Shown: one piece after another, positions 24,026-34,459 of the stretch
Layout of the letters: every line of letters starts with the position of its first letter
How positions within the stretch are numbered: the first letter of the stretch is position 1
NCBI GenBank assembly: GCA_963829525.1
Contig: CAWHIJ010000003.1
Coordinates: forward strand, 2,304,001 to 2,368,000
Source of the DNA: an uncultured Actinomycetota bacterium
Lineage (GTDB): Bacteria; Actinomycetota; Actinomycetes; JAHEKZ01
Direction of reading: 5' to 3'
Length of the DNA stretch: 64,000 nt
Position numbers and translations under genes: made by a program
The notes under the pieces: generated by a model
The model's database searches: none
Seen by the model: only the letters and a program-made list of their open reading frames with translations
What the model was told of the DNA's origin: nothing

Positions 24026-25532
24026 ATGAATGCCCGACTGCGACGCAGTTATCGACCTCTCGGTGGCTGAGGCGCGCGAGGGAACCGGACGCCACGAGTT
24101 CGATGGCCAGATCCAGGACCTGTCACCAGCAGGTGTTGACAGCGCCCTTGCCCGACTCGGGGGACCGCCGCTACCGGACCCGCACGACGAGGCACACCTC
24201 CTGGCGTTCGAGAACTCAGCTCGCGTCAACTTTGGTGCCCTCCAGATGCACCGGCGCAATCCGCTCATCCATCTGGAGAACCTCGAGCTCGCCTGCTACG
24301 ACCGCGCCTACGCTCCTGACGCGGAGCGCGACGCCGCTCGCTCCCGCCACCTGGCCCAGTGGCCGGAGGCCGTCGACATGGCGATCGAGTCGCTCGACCG
24401 GGTGCCTGCTCCCGTCGCCCAAGCGTTGCTCCCCGCGGTGACCGGGCTCGCGGACGGTCTTCCGCCTGCCGACCCTGGCATCGATGCCGCCGTCGCGGCA
24501 CATCGACGCCTCGTCGAGCACCTTCTGGGTTTGGCAGCCAACGGCACACCCGAGACCGCACTGGGTAGAGCATCGCTCGAGGAGCTCATGGGGGCTGAGG
24601 AGGCCGTTGCCAGTGTCGAGTTGACCTCGCTGGCCGAAAGAGCCATGCGCGAACGCGACCGCCTGCGCGTGATGATAGCCGAAGGATGCCGGCAACTTGT
24701 GCCCCGAGAGCCCGTCGAGCAGACGGTAGCCGCGCTTCTGGCTGACCACCCCTCCGCCGCCGATGTCGTCGCAACCGCAGCTGGCGTCAGCGATGAGACG
24801 ATCGCCTTCTGTCGCGAGCGCGAGTTCCTCACCCACCTCGACGGCGAGTGCCGCGTTGGCGTGGCACCGCCATCGCGAAGGTGGGCAACGGCGATGCTCT
24901 CGTGGTCTGGGCCATACGAGACCGATGGCCCCTCGCACTACGACATCACACCGCCGGATCCGAGCTGGCCAGAGTCGGAGCAGGCTGAGTGGCTCACCAT
25001 GTTCAGCGAGACTGCCCTAGCCGCGGTCACCGCACACGAGGTGGCACCTGGCCACTTCGCGCACGGTCGAGCGATGCGACATGCGGCAGGCGATGTGCGG
25101 CGATCGCTCATCGGAGCCGGCTTTGCCGAAGGGTGGGCACACTACGGCGAAGAGCTCATGCTCGAAGAGGGCTTCCGCTCCGACGACCCGCGCTTCCAGG
25201 TCGGCGTCGCTCTGGAAGCTCTTGTTCGCTTGACGCGGTTGTCGTGCGCCATTGGACTGCACACCGGAGCGATGGACGTGGGGGACGCCACCGCGGCCTT
25301 CGTCAATGACGCCTTCATGCCAGAGGCGACGGCTCGAGCTGAGGCACGTAGGGGCACGTTCGATCCGACATACGGGGTCTACACGTGGGGGAAGTGGATG
25401 ATTCTCGATGCAAGGGACGACGCCCGGCGCCGATGGGGAAGCGACTTCACGCTGCGACGGTTCCATGACGCTCTCATGCAGCTCGGCTCACCACCGCTCG
25501 GGCTGATGGGTGAAGCCGTCAGATCCGGCTGA
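24026..25532 (+). CDS. DUF885 family protein (metallopeptidase-like); probable indel near 24045
   Basis: AHEVAPGH, FAEGWAHYGE, YTWGK, FHDALM; ATG 24026 (MNARLR) follows a TACGCT -10 but is out of frame with the 24030 ORF. Confidence 0.85.
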
Positions 25533-25534
25533 GC

Positions 25535-26329
25535 CTAGATCTGCGGCCACATGTTGGAGGCGCCGGGAATGCAGCCCAAAGACCTGCCCACCAGGTGGAG
25601 GCCGGTGCGGTCGCCGTCCTTGTACCTGCTGGATCCACGGTCGAGCATCGTCGGGTACATGATCTCGCTGGTGGTCCCGACGTGACTGAGCCCAACCGCG
25701 TGGCCGATCTCGTGCAGTAACAGGGCGCCACGCGTCACGCCTGGTCCGAACCCGGCTTTGTACAAGCTGTTGTGCCCCGAGTTGATCACGACGAACCCGC
25801 GACCAATCGCCCCCTGCGAGTGACCGGCGGCGTCGGTCCACGTCCTCAACATCCAGCCGCCGACTCCGGATGGGTAACTACCTCCGCTGCTCGTCATCAG
25901 GTTGGACTGGTACTTGGCGCGAGACTGGTCGACCCAGGCGACCACAATCTCAGCCGACTTCAGTCGGGTTGACCATGAGTCCACCTTGCCGTTCCGCGGG
26001 ATTTCGTCAGTGCGCCCTGCGAACTTAAAGGGGATGCCCGTGCGGTTGGACACGCGCTGGAAGGCAGTTCGAGCATCTGCAACGGCCGCGTCGCGAGCTG
26101 ACGCGGTTTGCCCGGCAAGCTGGGCGTTGACCGCGTAAGTCACCTCTGCCTGGCAGGGATTCCATCGGATCCGATGGTTTTTGCCATCGGATCCGGTCCA
26201 GTTGCCGACCTTGAAGTCATCACCAGAAGCATCAGCTGCATTGTTGGCGGTGATGGGCGCAGATAGACCGATGGTGATGGCAGTTGCCATCACCATCAAG
26301 GCAATCGGTCGCAACGCGCGCGAAACCAT
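25535..26329 (-). CDS. Secreted matrixin-like (metzincin) metalloprotease
   Basis: Signal peptide; HEIGHAVGLSH (HEXXHXXGXXH) and Met-turn EIMYP. Confidence 0.88.
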   Translation of the reverse strand: MVSRALRPIALMVMATAITIGLSAPITANNAADASGDDFKVGNWTGSDGKNHRIRWNPCQAEVTYAVNAQLAGQTASARDAAVADARTAFQRVSNRTGIPFKFAGRTDEIPRNGKVDSWSTRLKSAEIVVAWVDQSRAKYQSNLMTSSGGSYPSGVGGWMLRTWTDAAGHSQGAIGRGFVVINSGHNSLYKAGFGPGVTRGALLLHEIGHAVGLSHVGTTSEIMYPTMLDRGSSRYKDGDRTGLHLVGRSLGCIPGASNMWPQI

Positions 26330-26457
26330 CAGCGTCCTCCTCGACGAAACCTGTATTCCGGTCTTCGGCGGGGAGGGTGGGGTCGCTGACTACTCCGCAC
26401 GGGGGACGAAGAGGTCCAAATGGGTGAATCGTCGGTCGGGCAGCGATGTTCGGAGCG

Positions 26458-27420
26458 CTAGAACAGGGCGTTCGCCAGCGCTCGACGGGCGCTGAGTACG
26501 CGTGGGTCTTCGTTACCCACCAGGTCAAGCAGCTCGAGCAGGTGATCCTTGGCGGCATCGCGCTCGGCGCCACTGGTGCGTCGGACAAGTGCGATGAGCC
26601 GGTCGAAGCTCTCAGTCACCTGACCGGCCAGCAGCTCGAGGTCGGCAGCAACGGTGTTCACCGTGACGTCGTCACTTCCCTCAGCCGAGGTGCACGCCGT
26701 CTCGAGGTCCACACCCGCAGTACGCCGAAGGAGAGTCACGCTTGCAAGTCCCTGCCTGGCCTCCGGGTGGTCGGGCCGATTCACCAAGATCGAGCGATAC
26801 GCCGCCTCGGCCGCCTCGAGGTCATCACGTGCCAGAGCCTCATCGGCGGTAAGCAGTTCTGGATCGTCGGAGGCAGCATCGGCCTCCGGTCCACCAGTCG
26901 GAGCTGCCCCGGCAAGCGCCACAACCTGGTCAAGGAAGTCGCGCACCTGAGCCTCCGGAAGCGCTCCGGTGAAGCCCGGAATCACCTGGCCCTGCCACAC
27001 CACGAGCGTCGTCGGGATGCTTTGCACCTGCGCTGCGGCCGAGAGCTGGGGGTTGGCGTCGACGTCCACCTTGGCGAGTACCCACGCACCCGCATCGTCT
27101 GCGGCCAGTCGCTCAAGAATGGGGGACAACTGCTTACACGGGCCGCACCACTCAGCCCAGAAGTCGATGACGACCGGGACCGACATCGACCGCTCGAGCA
27201 CTTCAGTCTGAAATGTTGCGTCGGTGACATCGACAACCGACATGGAAGCCTCAGCCTTCGGGCCATCGGGTCCAGCCACCCGCTGCGCCCGGGCCGCCTC
27301 GGCTTTCTCGCGAGCCTGACGCTGCTGAGCGAGAGCGGCGAGATCGATGGCCCCATAGGGGTTGAAGCCAGCCGCGGCGCGAGGGGCGGGGGGTACAGAG
27401 GGCACAGGCGGCACAGTCAT
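26458..27420 (-). CDS. Thioredoxin-TPR co-chaperone (YbbN/CnoX-like)
   Basis: DFWAEWCGPCKQLSP followed by TPR helices; C-terminal RRALANALF. Confidence 0.92.
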   Translation of the reverse strand: MTVPPVPSVPPAPRAAAGFNPYGAIDLAALAQQRQAREKAEAARAQRVAGPDGPKAEASMSVVDVTDATFQTEVLERSMSVPVVIDFWAEWCGPCKQLSPILERLAADDAGAWVLAKVDVDANPQLSAAAQVQSIPTTLVVWQGQVIPGFTGALPEAQVRDFLDQVVALAGAAPTGGPEADAASDDPELLTADEALARDDLEAAEAAYRSILVNRPDHPEARQGLASVTLLRRTAGVDLETACTSAEGSDDVTVNTVAADLELLAGQVTESFDRLIALVRRTSGAERDAAKDHLLELLDLVGNEDPRVLSARRALANALF

Positions 27421-27441
27421 GGCCCCATTCTGTCGCACCGC

Positions 27442-29130
27442 TCAGAAGTCGGGAGGCTCGGTGTACCCACCGAAGACTTCGCGCAGACTCGCACAGAGCT
27501 CTCCCACCGTGGCCTCCACGCGAACAGCGTCCAACATGGGTTCGACCACGTTGGTGTTGCTTCTTGCGGCATCTGCGAGATTGCGCAGACGCTCTTGCAC
27601 GACGCGTTCGTCCCTCGCTGATCGTCTGCTTCGAAGGCGCTCGACCTGGTCGGTCTCCACCTCGCCAGGGATCTGCAGAACCTCCAGCGGCTCAGCCACC
27701 GAGTCGGTGTGGGCATTGACACCTACCACGCGACGCTCACCGCTCTCGATGCTGCGTTGGTACCCGTCCGCAGCGTCAGCGATCCCGCGGGTGAACCAAC
27801 CCGACTCGATGCCGGCAATGATCCCCCGGGTCATCGACCCGTTGTCCCCGAGCCCCTCAATTTGGGCAAGGAGTGACTCGACCTCAGCCTCGACCCGATC
27901 GGTGGACGCCTCCACGAACCATGAGCCGCCCAGCGGGTCGATCACGGAAGCGACGCCGGTCTCCTCCAGCAAGACGTGCTGCGTCCGCAAGGCCACCTCG
28001 GCCGTCGCCTCAGTCGGGAGACCCAAGACCTCGTCGTGGGCGTTGGTGTGCAGAGAGTTGGTTCCACCGAGAACTGCGGCGAGCGCTTCGACCGCCGTGC
28101 GCACGACGTTGTTCTCCGGTTGCTGCGCGGTGAGCGAGACCCCGGCAGTCTGAGCATGGAAGCGCAGCCACTGTGCACGCTCGGTGGTGGCACCGTAGCG
28201 GTCGCGCATCCACCTGGCCCAGATCCTGCGGCCCGCACGAAACTTGGCGATCTCCTCGAAGAAATCGATGTGCGCGTCGAAGAAGAAGCTGAGGCGAGCG
28301 GCACAGTCGTCCACCGACAGGCCGCGGGCCAGTCCAAGCTCGACGTAGCCGAACCCATCGGCAAGCGTGAAGGCGAGCTCTTGGGCGGCGGTCGCCCCCG
28401 CCTCCCGTATGTGGTACCCGCTGATGCTGATCGGGTGGTAGCGCGGCATGTGCTGCTGCGTCCACTCGAGCAGGTCGCCGATGAGGCGCAGGTGTGGTGC
28501 AGGCGGGAAGATCCACTCCTTCTGGGCGATGTACTCCTTGAAGATGTCGGTCTGCAGAGTTCCGCCGAGTGCAGATGGCGAGATCCCCGCGCGCTCTGCT
28601 GCGACGACGTAGATGCAGAAGAGCGGAAGGGCCGGTCCACTGATCGTCATCGACGTCGTCACCGACTCGAGCGGGATATCGCGCAGCAGTCGTTCCATGT
28701 CTTGTGCCGAGTCGATGGCCACACCACAGTGCCCGACCTCGCCAGCGGCCCTCGGGTCATCGGAGTCCAGGCCCATGAGCGTCGGCAGGTCGAAGGCGAC
28801 GCTGATGCCGTCACCTCCGCTGGCCAGTAGCCGGTGAAAGCGGGTATTAGTGTCCGCTGCCGTTCCAAATCCGGCGAACTGCCGCACCGTCCAGGGCTTA
28901 CCCAGGTAGCCAGTCGTGTAGATGCCGCGGGTGAACGGGTACTCCCCTGGCCAGCCGATGCGCTCGAAGCCAGGGGTGCCATCGGCGCCGAGGTCGTCTG
29001 GGCCATAGACCGGCTTGAGCGGGGAGCCGGAGAGCGTCGACCGGCCAGCTGCATCGGCCGAGGACCCAAGTTGCTTGGCCCAGCGATCCGCAAACCGCGC
29101 ACGACCACGAGTGAGGTCGTCAGACTCCAT
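27442..29130 (-). CDS. icmA: Isobutyryl-CoA mutase large subunit (methylmalonyl-CoA mutase family, no B12-binding domain)
   Basis: WTVRQFAGFG (Phe where MCM has Tyr) and KEYIAQKEW (Gln where MCM has Arg), SISGYHIREAG; AGGAG SD. Confidence 0.85.
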   Translation of the reverse strand: MESDDLTRGRARFADRWAKQLGSSADAAGRSTLSGSPLKPVYGPDDLGADGTPGFERIGWPGEYPFTRGIYTTGYLGKPWTVRQFAGFGTAADTNTRFHRLLASGGDGISVAFDLPTLMGLDSDDPRAAGEVGHCGVAIDSAQDMERLLRDIPLESVTTSMTISGPALPLFCIYVVAAERAGISPSALGGTLQTDIFKEYIAQKEWIFPPAPHLRLIGDLLEWTQQHMPRYHPISISGYHIREAGATAAQELAFTLADGFGYVELGLARGLSVDDCAARLSFFFDAHIDFFEEIAKFRAGRRIWARWMRDRYGATTERAQWLRFHAQTAGVSLTAQQPENNVVRTAVEALAAVLGGTNSLHTNAHDEVLGLPTEATAEVALRTQHVLLEETGVASVIDPLGGSWFVEASTDRVEAEVESLLAQIEGLGDNGSMTRGIIAGIESGWFTRGIADAADGYQRSIESGERRVVGVNAHTDSVAEPLEVLQIPGEVETDQVERLRSRRSARDERVVQERLRNLADAARSNTNVVEPMLDAVRVEATVGELCASLREVFGGYTEPPDF

Positions 29131-29235
29131 CGCGCTCCTCTCGTGTCGAGGCCGCTCGGTGGCCAAACGTGTGGCAATCCGGCGTCCCCAGGCTATCGGT
29201 CGTACGGCACGCCCAGCCCGACTGGACAATCCTTC

Positions 29236-29270
29236 CCTACATTGTCTATCGTATCGATCGGCAATGTAGG
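29236..29270. promoter_or_regulatory. Inverted-repeat operator between divergent icmA and the ssuA-like gene
   Basis: CCTACATTGTCTATCG-tat-CGATCGGCAATGTAGG, arms 14/16 complementary, AT-rich relative to flanks. Confidence 0.65.
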
Positions 29271-29291
29271 AAATATCGAGAGGAATCGTTG

Positions 29292-30404
29292 ATGCTTGGG
29301 ATCAGGACCCGAACTCGCACCGCCCGATTGGCCGTCGGTATCGGCGCCATCGTCGCTGCAGTGACCATGACTGCATGCTCGAGTGACAGCGGGGGCGATA
29401 CGAACGCATCTGACAGCGCATCTCCCGGTGCTGCCGAGCCCATCACCACGCTCCGTCTGGGGTACTTCCCCAACTTCACCCACGCGCCCGCTCTGATCGG
29501 TGTCCAAGAAGGCTTCTTCAAGGACTCCCTGGCCGAGCAGGACGTCACGGTGACTCCGACGATCTTCAACGCCGGCCCCGACGCCGTCACCGCGCTGCTG
29601 AGTAACTCGCTCGACATCGCCTACATCGGCCCCAACCCCACGGTGGCCGCTTACGTGCAGTCGCAAGGTGACGCGGTGCGCGTCATCGCTGGGGCTGCGT
29701 CGGGTGGAGCCGCCCTGGTCGTCAACAAAGACATCACGTCACCGGCCGACCTCAGCGGCAAGACCCTCGCCACCCCACAGCTCGGCAACACCCAGGACGT
29801 CGCTCTCCGCTACTGGCTGAAGCAGAATGACCTGGCCTCCAGCGAGGAAGGCGGCGACGTCACCATCGCGCCGCAGTCGAACTCCGAGGGCCTCACCGCC
29901 TTCGCCTCCGGGCAGATCGACGGCGCTTGGGTGCCAGAACCCTTCGTCTCGCAGTACGTCGCCGCAGGCGCAACGGTGCTGGTGAACGAGAAGGAGCTGT
30001 GGCCGAAGGGCCAGTTCGTCACGACCAACGTCATCGTGCGCACCCAGTTCCTCGAGCAGTACCCGGACGTGGTCGACGCCTTCCTGGCCGCCCATGTGCA
30101 GGCGCTCGAGCTGATCAAGAAGGATCCCGAGACTGCCAAGCAGGACGTCAACACCGCCCTCCAGGCGCTGACCGGGTCTCCCCTGGACACCAACATCCTC
30201 AACTCGGCGTGGAGCCAGGTCGAGTTCACCGCCGACCCGCTCAAGGCCACCCTGGTCGAGAGTGCGGCCCACGCGGTCGACGTCGGCCTCCTCGAGCAGA
30301 GCGCCATCGACGAGGCGGGCGGCAACTTCGACGGCCTCTACGACCTCGACCCGCTCAACGCCGCGCTCAAGAAGGCCGGACTGGACCAGGTGTCGACCTC
30401 ATGA
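29292..30404 (+). CDS. Aliphatic-sulfonate/NitT-TauT ABC substrate-binding lipoprotein (SsuA-like)
   Basis: Lipobox MTAC; LRLGYFPNFTHAPA, YIGPNP, ATPQLGNTQD, AWVPEP. Confidence 0.9.
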   Translation: MLGIRTRTRTARLAVGIGAIVAAVTMTACSSDSGGDTNASDSASPGAAEPITTLRLGYFPNFTHAPALIGVQEGFFKDSLAEQDVTVTPTIFNAGPDAVTALLSNSLDIAYIGPNPTVAAYVQSQGDAVRVIAGAASGGAALVVNKDITSPADLSGKTLATPQLGNTQDVALRYWLKQNDLASSEEGGDVTIAPQSNSEGLTAFASGQIDGAWVPEPFVSQYVAAGATVLVNEKELWPKGQFVTTNVIVRTQFLEQYPDVVDAFLAAHVQALELIKKDPETAKQDVNTALQALTGSPLDTNILNSAWSQVEFTADPLKATLVESAAHAVDVGLLEQSAIDEAGGNFDGLYDLDPLNAALKKAGLDQVSTS

Positions 30405-31192
30405 GTGAGTCCCTCACTGCTGCGAGAGGGTCCCAGGTCCCTGGGGCCCTCTCGCCGACCCTTCGGGTGAAGGGTGTGAACAAGGTCTTCGGCCAGAACA
30501 ACACCCGCACGGTCGCCCTGCAGGATGTCAACCTCGACGTCTACCCCGGTGAGTTCGTGACCGTCGTCGGCGCTTCCGGCTGCGGCAAGAGCACGCTGCT
30601 CAACCTCGTGGCGGGTCTCGAGAAGCCGACCTCCGGCGAGCTCGAGGTGGGCGGACGTGTCGCCTTCATGTTTCAGGAGGCCACGTTGCTGCCATGGCTG
30701 ACCGCGAAGAAGAACGTAGAACTCGCGCTGCGGCTGCACGGCGTCCCCAGGTCAGAGCGAGGCGATCGGGCACAAGAACTGCTCGAAACCGTTCGACTCG
30801 GTGACAAGGCCGATAAGCGTCCGCATGAGCTCTCCGGTGGGATGCGGCAGCGCGTCGCACTTGCCCGAGTTCTCGCGCAGGAGACCCGGATCGTGCTGAT
30901 GGACGAGCCGCTCGGGGCACTCGATGCCATGACTCGCGACCACATGCACGACGAGATCGAGCGGGTCTGGGAGAAGCACAAGTTCTGCGTGCTCTTCGTC
31001 ACCCACAACATGCGCGAGGCCGTTCGTTTGGCCGATCGGGTGGTGCTCATGAGCAGCTCACCCGGTCGCGTCAAGTTGGACGAACGCATCACCATCCCGC
31101 GCCCGCGCCGGATCGACTCCGCCGAGGTGGCCCAACTCGCTGGCGAGCTCACCGAGGCGCTCAGAGAGGAAGTGGCAGCGCATGTCGCTTGA
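30401..31192 (+). CDS. NitT/TauT ABC ATP-binding protein (SsuB-like)
   Basis: GASGCGKST, LSGGMRQR, LMDEP; ATGA overlap with upstream gene. Confidence 0.93.
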   Translation: MSESLTAARGSQVPGALSPTLRVKGVNKVFGQNNTRTVALQDVNLDVYPGEFVTVVGASGCGKSTLLNLVAGLEKPTSGELEVGGRVAFMFQEATLLPWLTAKKNVELALRLHGVPRSERGDRAQELLETVRLGDKADKRPHELSGGMRQRVALARVLAQETRIVLMDEPLGALDAMTRDHMHDEIERVWEKHKFCVLFVTHNMREAVRLADRVVLMSSSPGRVKLDERITIPRPRRIDSAEVAQLAGELTEALREEVAAHVA

Positions 31193-32048
31193 TGTCGCAG
31201 AACGTCCGGCCACGGGAGAGTCCGGACGTGAAAGCATGATCCCTCACCGACCTTCACCACTAGCCGCTGTCAGTCGCATCTGGTCGTGGACCTGGCCGAA
31301 GCTGATCGCGCTCGGCATCGTCCTTGGCGTCTGGGAGTTCCTGGTTCGGCTTGGCTGGAGAGCGGATTACATCTTCCCGCCGCCCACAACGGTGTTTCAG
31401 ACTCTCGGCGACCTCATGGGCACCGAGCGCTTCTGGGACAGCGTCTCCACCACGATCCAGCGGGCGGCCATCGGTTACCTCTCAGCCCTCGTGATTGGTT
31501 CACTGATCGGCATCGCCGTGTCGCGCATTCGAACTCTGCGATTGGGCGTTGGCTCACTGATTACTGGACTGCAGACGATGCCGTCGATCGCGTGGTTCCC
31601 GTTCGCCATCATCGTGTTTGGCGTCAACGAGACGGCAATCTTCTTCGTCGTCGTCCTTGGGGCTGCACCGAGCATCGCCAACGGCATCATCTCCGGCATC
31701 GACCACGTCCCGCCGACCTTCGTCAGGCTCGGAAAGGTCATGGGAGCGAACAGCTTCACGCTCTATCGCCACATCGTGCTTCCCGCTGCGCTGCCGTCCT
31801 ACGTTGCCGGGCTCAGCCAGGGATGGGCGTTCGCGTGGCGGTCGCTGATGGCCGGTGAGCTGCTCGTGTTCGCGGCGACGTCCGGGGCAATCGGCCAGAA
31901 CCTCCAAGCCGCACGCGAGCTGATCAAGATGGATGAGGTGATGGCCTGGATGATCGTCATCTTGGTGATCGGAATGGTCGCTGACACCATCTTCACCTCG
32001 ATGTCGCGCAGCCTGAGGAGACGCCGTGGCCTCGCCATCGATGACTAG
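31182..32048 (+). CDS. NitT/TauT ABC permease (SsuC-like)
   Basis: FPPP, LQTMPSIAW, AWRSLMAGEL, multiple TM helices. Confidence 0.92.
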   Translation: MSLDVAERPATGESGRESMIPHRPSPLAAVSRIWSWTWPKLIALGIVLGVWEFLVRLGWRADYIFPPPTTVFQTLGDLMGTERFWDSVSTTIQRAAIGYLSALVIGSLIGIAVSRIRTLRLGVGSLITGLQTMPSIAWFPFAIIVFGVNETAIFFVVVLGAAPSIANGIISGIDHVPPTFVRLGKVMGANSFTLYRHIVLPAALPSYVAGLSQGWAFAWRSLMAGELLVFAATSGAIGQNLQAARELIKMDEVMAWMIVILVIGMVADTIFTSMSRSLRRRRGLAIDD

Positions 32049-32091
32049 AACCACGCGCTCGACGCCCACTCAACGCCAACCGGCAAAGACG

Positions 32092-32129
32092 CCCGCCCGG
32101 TCCACGTCCGACCCCGTGGACCGGGCGGG
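32092..32129 (+). terminator. GC-rich hairpin after the ABC operon
   Basis: Perfect 15-bp stem CCCGCCCGGTCCACG / CGTGGACCGGGCGGG with 8-nt loop; no U-tail. Confidence 0.65.
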
Positions 32130-32211
32130 GGGTCGTCGTAGCCAATCGGCAGGAGCCACCTCAAAGGGGGGCTCCTCGCGCCGACGCCGCCGAAGCGGCA
32201 AGAATGGCACC

Positions 32212-32670
32212 ATGCACGTGTCCGCGAAGGTCGACTACGCCATGAGGGCCCTGCTTGTCATTGCCCGCGAGTCCGGCCAGGACGGAACCCTCATCAAGGG
32301 CGAACACCTCGCGGCCCAACAAGACATCCCCGCCCGGTTCCTCGAAGGGATCCTCCGACAGCTGAGGCAGGCTGGGATCGTAGCGAGCCAGCGAGGTGCT
32401 GACGGCGGGTACCGGCTGGCTAGGTCGGCGTCGGCCATCACGGTCGCTGACGTGGTCCGAGCGCTCGACGGTCCCCTCGCAGACGTGCGCGGAGACCGTC
32501 CCGAGAACGCCGACTATGAAGGAGCCGCCGAGCATCTTCGCGATGTGTGGGTGGCAACGCGAGCTGCGTTGCGAGGCGTGCTCGAGCACGTGACGCTGCA
32601 AGACATCGCCAGCGGCCAGCTGCCCGCACCGGTGACTGACCTGACCACCGACCCCTCGGCCTGGTCGTAG
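32212..32670 (+). CDS. Rrf2 family transcriptional regulator (cysteine-free, CymR-like)
   Basis: MHVSAKVDYAMRAL, SQRGADGGYRL, ITVADVVRALDGP. Confidence 0.92.
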   Translation: MHVSAKVDYAMRALLVIARESGQDGTLIKGEHLAAQQDIPARFLEGILRQLRQAGIVASQRGADGGYRLARSASAITVADVVRALDGPLADVRGDRPENADYEGAAEHLRDVWVATRAALRGVLEHVTLQDIASGQLPAPVTDLTTDPSAWS

Positions 32671-32708
32671 CCGGTCATCTGAGGCAGGCCTCACCTAGCA
32701 CTCAATCC

Positions 32709-33488
32709 ATGTCTCTCACCGAAGGCAGCCTTGCCTTCCTGCTCGCCATGGGTATCTCAGCGCTGACAGTTCCGGCTGGCGTGTCCGGCGCCGTCTTCCT
32801 CCTTCCGGCGCAACTGTCGCTCCTCGGCATGCCGAGTCCGGCTGTTACGCCCACGAACCTGCTCTACAACGTCATCGCCACACCGGCAGCCATTCTGCGG
32901 ATGCGCCGCCATGGGCACACCTCGAGCGAGTTAGTGCGGCCGGTGCTGTACGGGGCCCTGCCCGGTGTCGCAGTTGGTGCGGTCCTTCGTACGACGGTGG
33001 CGTCCGGCGCTGGCGTGTTCCGCATGCTGGTGGGTCTGATGCTCGTCCTTCTCGGCACCCATCTGCTTCGGCGCGCCAGCCACGCCGACAGCCGACGCAG
33101 CCGCCACCCTTCGTCGCGAAGTCTGGTTCTCCTGGGGCTCGCGACGGGAACGATCGGTGGCCTCTACGGGATCGGCGGTGGGTCGATCCTCGCTCCCCTG
33201 CTCGCATTCATGGGGTTTGCCCTCGCCGATGTCGCGGTGGCGGCCCTGACGGTCACCTTCGCCACCTCGGTGGCCGGGGTGCTCGCCTTCACCCTGCTGG
33301 CACTGCTCGGTCGAACCGAAGCGGCTCCTGACTGGGCCATCGGGACCATCCTCGGTCTCGGTGGGCTCGTCGGGGGCTACCTCGGAGCGATCTGCCAGCC
33401 CTACTTGCGAGAAACGACCCTCCGCAAAATGCTCGGCGGTCTCGCCCTGGCGGTGGGTGCGACCTATCTCGTCGTAGCGCTGACCTAG
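32709..33488 (+). CDS. Sulfite exporter TauE/SafE (TSUP) family membrane protein
   Basis: GVSGAVFLLP, TPTNLLYN, GLYGIGGGSILAP; highly hydrophobic. Confidence 0.88.
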   Translation: MSLTEGSLAFLLAMGISALTVPAGVSGAVFLLPAQLSLLGMPSPAVTPTNLLYNVIATPAAILRMRRHGHTSSELVRPVLYGALPGVAVGAVLRTTVASGAGVFRMLVGLMLVLLGTHLLRRASHADSRRSRHPSSRSLVLLGLATGTIGGLYGIGGGSILAPLLAFMGFALADVAVAALTVTFATSVAGVLAFTLLALLGRTEAAPDWAIGTILGLGGLVGGYLGAICQPYLRETTLRKMLGGLALAVGATYLVVALT

Positions 33489-34459
33489 CGCTCCGTGGGT
33501 GCGAGCGTAGCTGCGGCGGTGTACGGATCGGTCTCCCCTGAGACAACGTCAGCAGCGAGGCGGTCCAGTTGTTGAGCAGCATCGCTGTTGTTCAGGCCAG
33601 ACCGCACTGCGGCAACAACCAGCGCCTCGATCTCGGCCCTGGCACGGAACTGGCGGCGCACCCGCAGCTCGTCGTGGTCGACGAGATGGGCCCGGTGCCG
33701 GTCGATCTCATCAAGGAGCTCGTCGATCCCCTCTCCGCGCGAGGCGACCGTCTTGAGGATCGGCGGACGCCACTCGGGTGCATCTGCCCCCTCGACGTTG
33801 CGACCAATGGCCAGCATGGAGCGCAGCTCACGCGCGGTGACGTCAGCACCGTCACGGTCAGCCTTGTTGACGCAGTACACGTTGCCGATCTCAAGGATGC
33901 CGGCCTTTGCGGCCTGGATGGCGTCGCCCATGCCTGGGGCGAGCAGAACCACCGTGGTGTCGGCCAAACCTGCAACCTCGACCTCAGATTGTCCGACACC
34001 CACCGTCTCGATCAGGACGACGTCACATCCCGCAGCGTCGAGGACGCGCACCGCTTGAGGTGCAGCCGCAGCGAGGCCACCGAGATGACCGCGGGTGGCC
34101 ATCGACCGGATGAAGACTCCCGGATCGGTGGCGTGCTCCTGCATGCGCACGCGGTCACCGAGCAACGCCCCACCGGTGAACGGCGAGGAGGGGTCGACCG
34201 CCAGCACTCCGACGCGGCGTCCGGATAGGCGCAGCGCCGTCACCAGTGCTGACGTCGTCGTCGACTTCCCAACGCCCGGCGCACCCGTCAGCCCCACCAC
34301 GTGCGCACGCCCGGTGAGCGGCGCCAACAGGCGAGCCAACTCGACCAACAGCGGCGACTGGTCCTCAACCAGCGAGATCAGTCGCGCCACCGCCCGCGCA
34401 TCACCCTCGGTGGCCCTGGTGACGAGCTCGGTCGGGTCACCCGCGGGCGACCGGCTCAG
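33485..34459 (-). CDS. meaB: Acyl-CoA mutase-associated GTPase chaperone
   Basis: [44 protein letters not shown]; start uncertain (CTG 34459 or GTG 34390). Confidence 0.93.
   Translation of the reverse strand: MSRSPAGDPTELVTRATEGDARAVARLISLVEDQSPLLVELARLLAPLTGRAHVVGLTGAPGVGKSTTTSALVTALRLSGRRVGVLAVDPSSPFTGGALLGDRVRMQEHATDPGVFIRSMATRGHLGGLAAAAPQAVRVLDAAGCDVVLIETVGVGQSEVEVAGLADTTVVLLAPGMGDAIQAAKAGILEIGNVYCVNKADRDGADVTARELRSMLAIGRNVEGADAPEWRPPILKTVASRGEGIDELLDEIDRHRAHLVDHDELRVRRQFRARAEIEALVVAAVRSGLNNSDAAQQLDRLAADVVSGETDPYTAAATLAPTER

Noticed and set aside
29927-30400. Long N-terminal extension of the ABC ATPase (421-aa ORF)
   Set aside because: Alternative frame of the binding-protein gene; the ATPase starts at ATG 30401.
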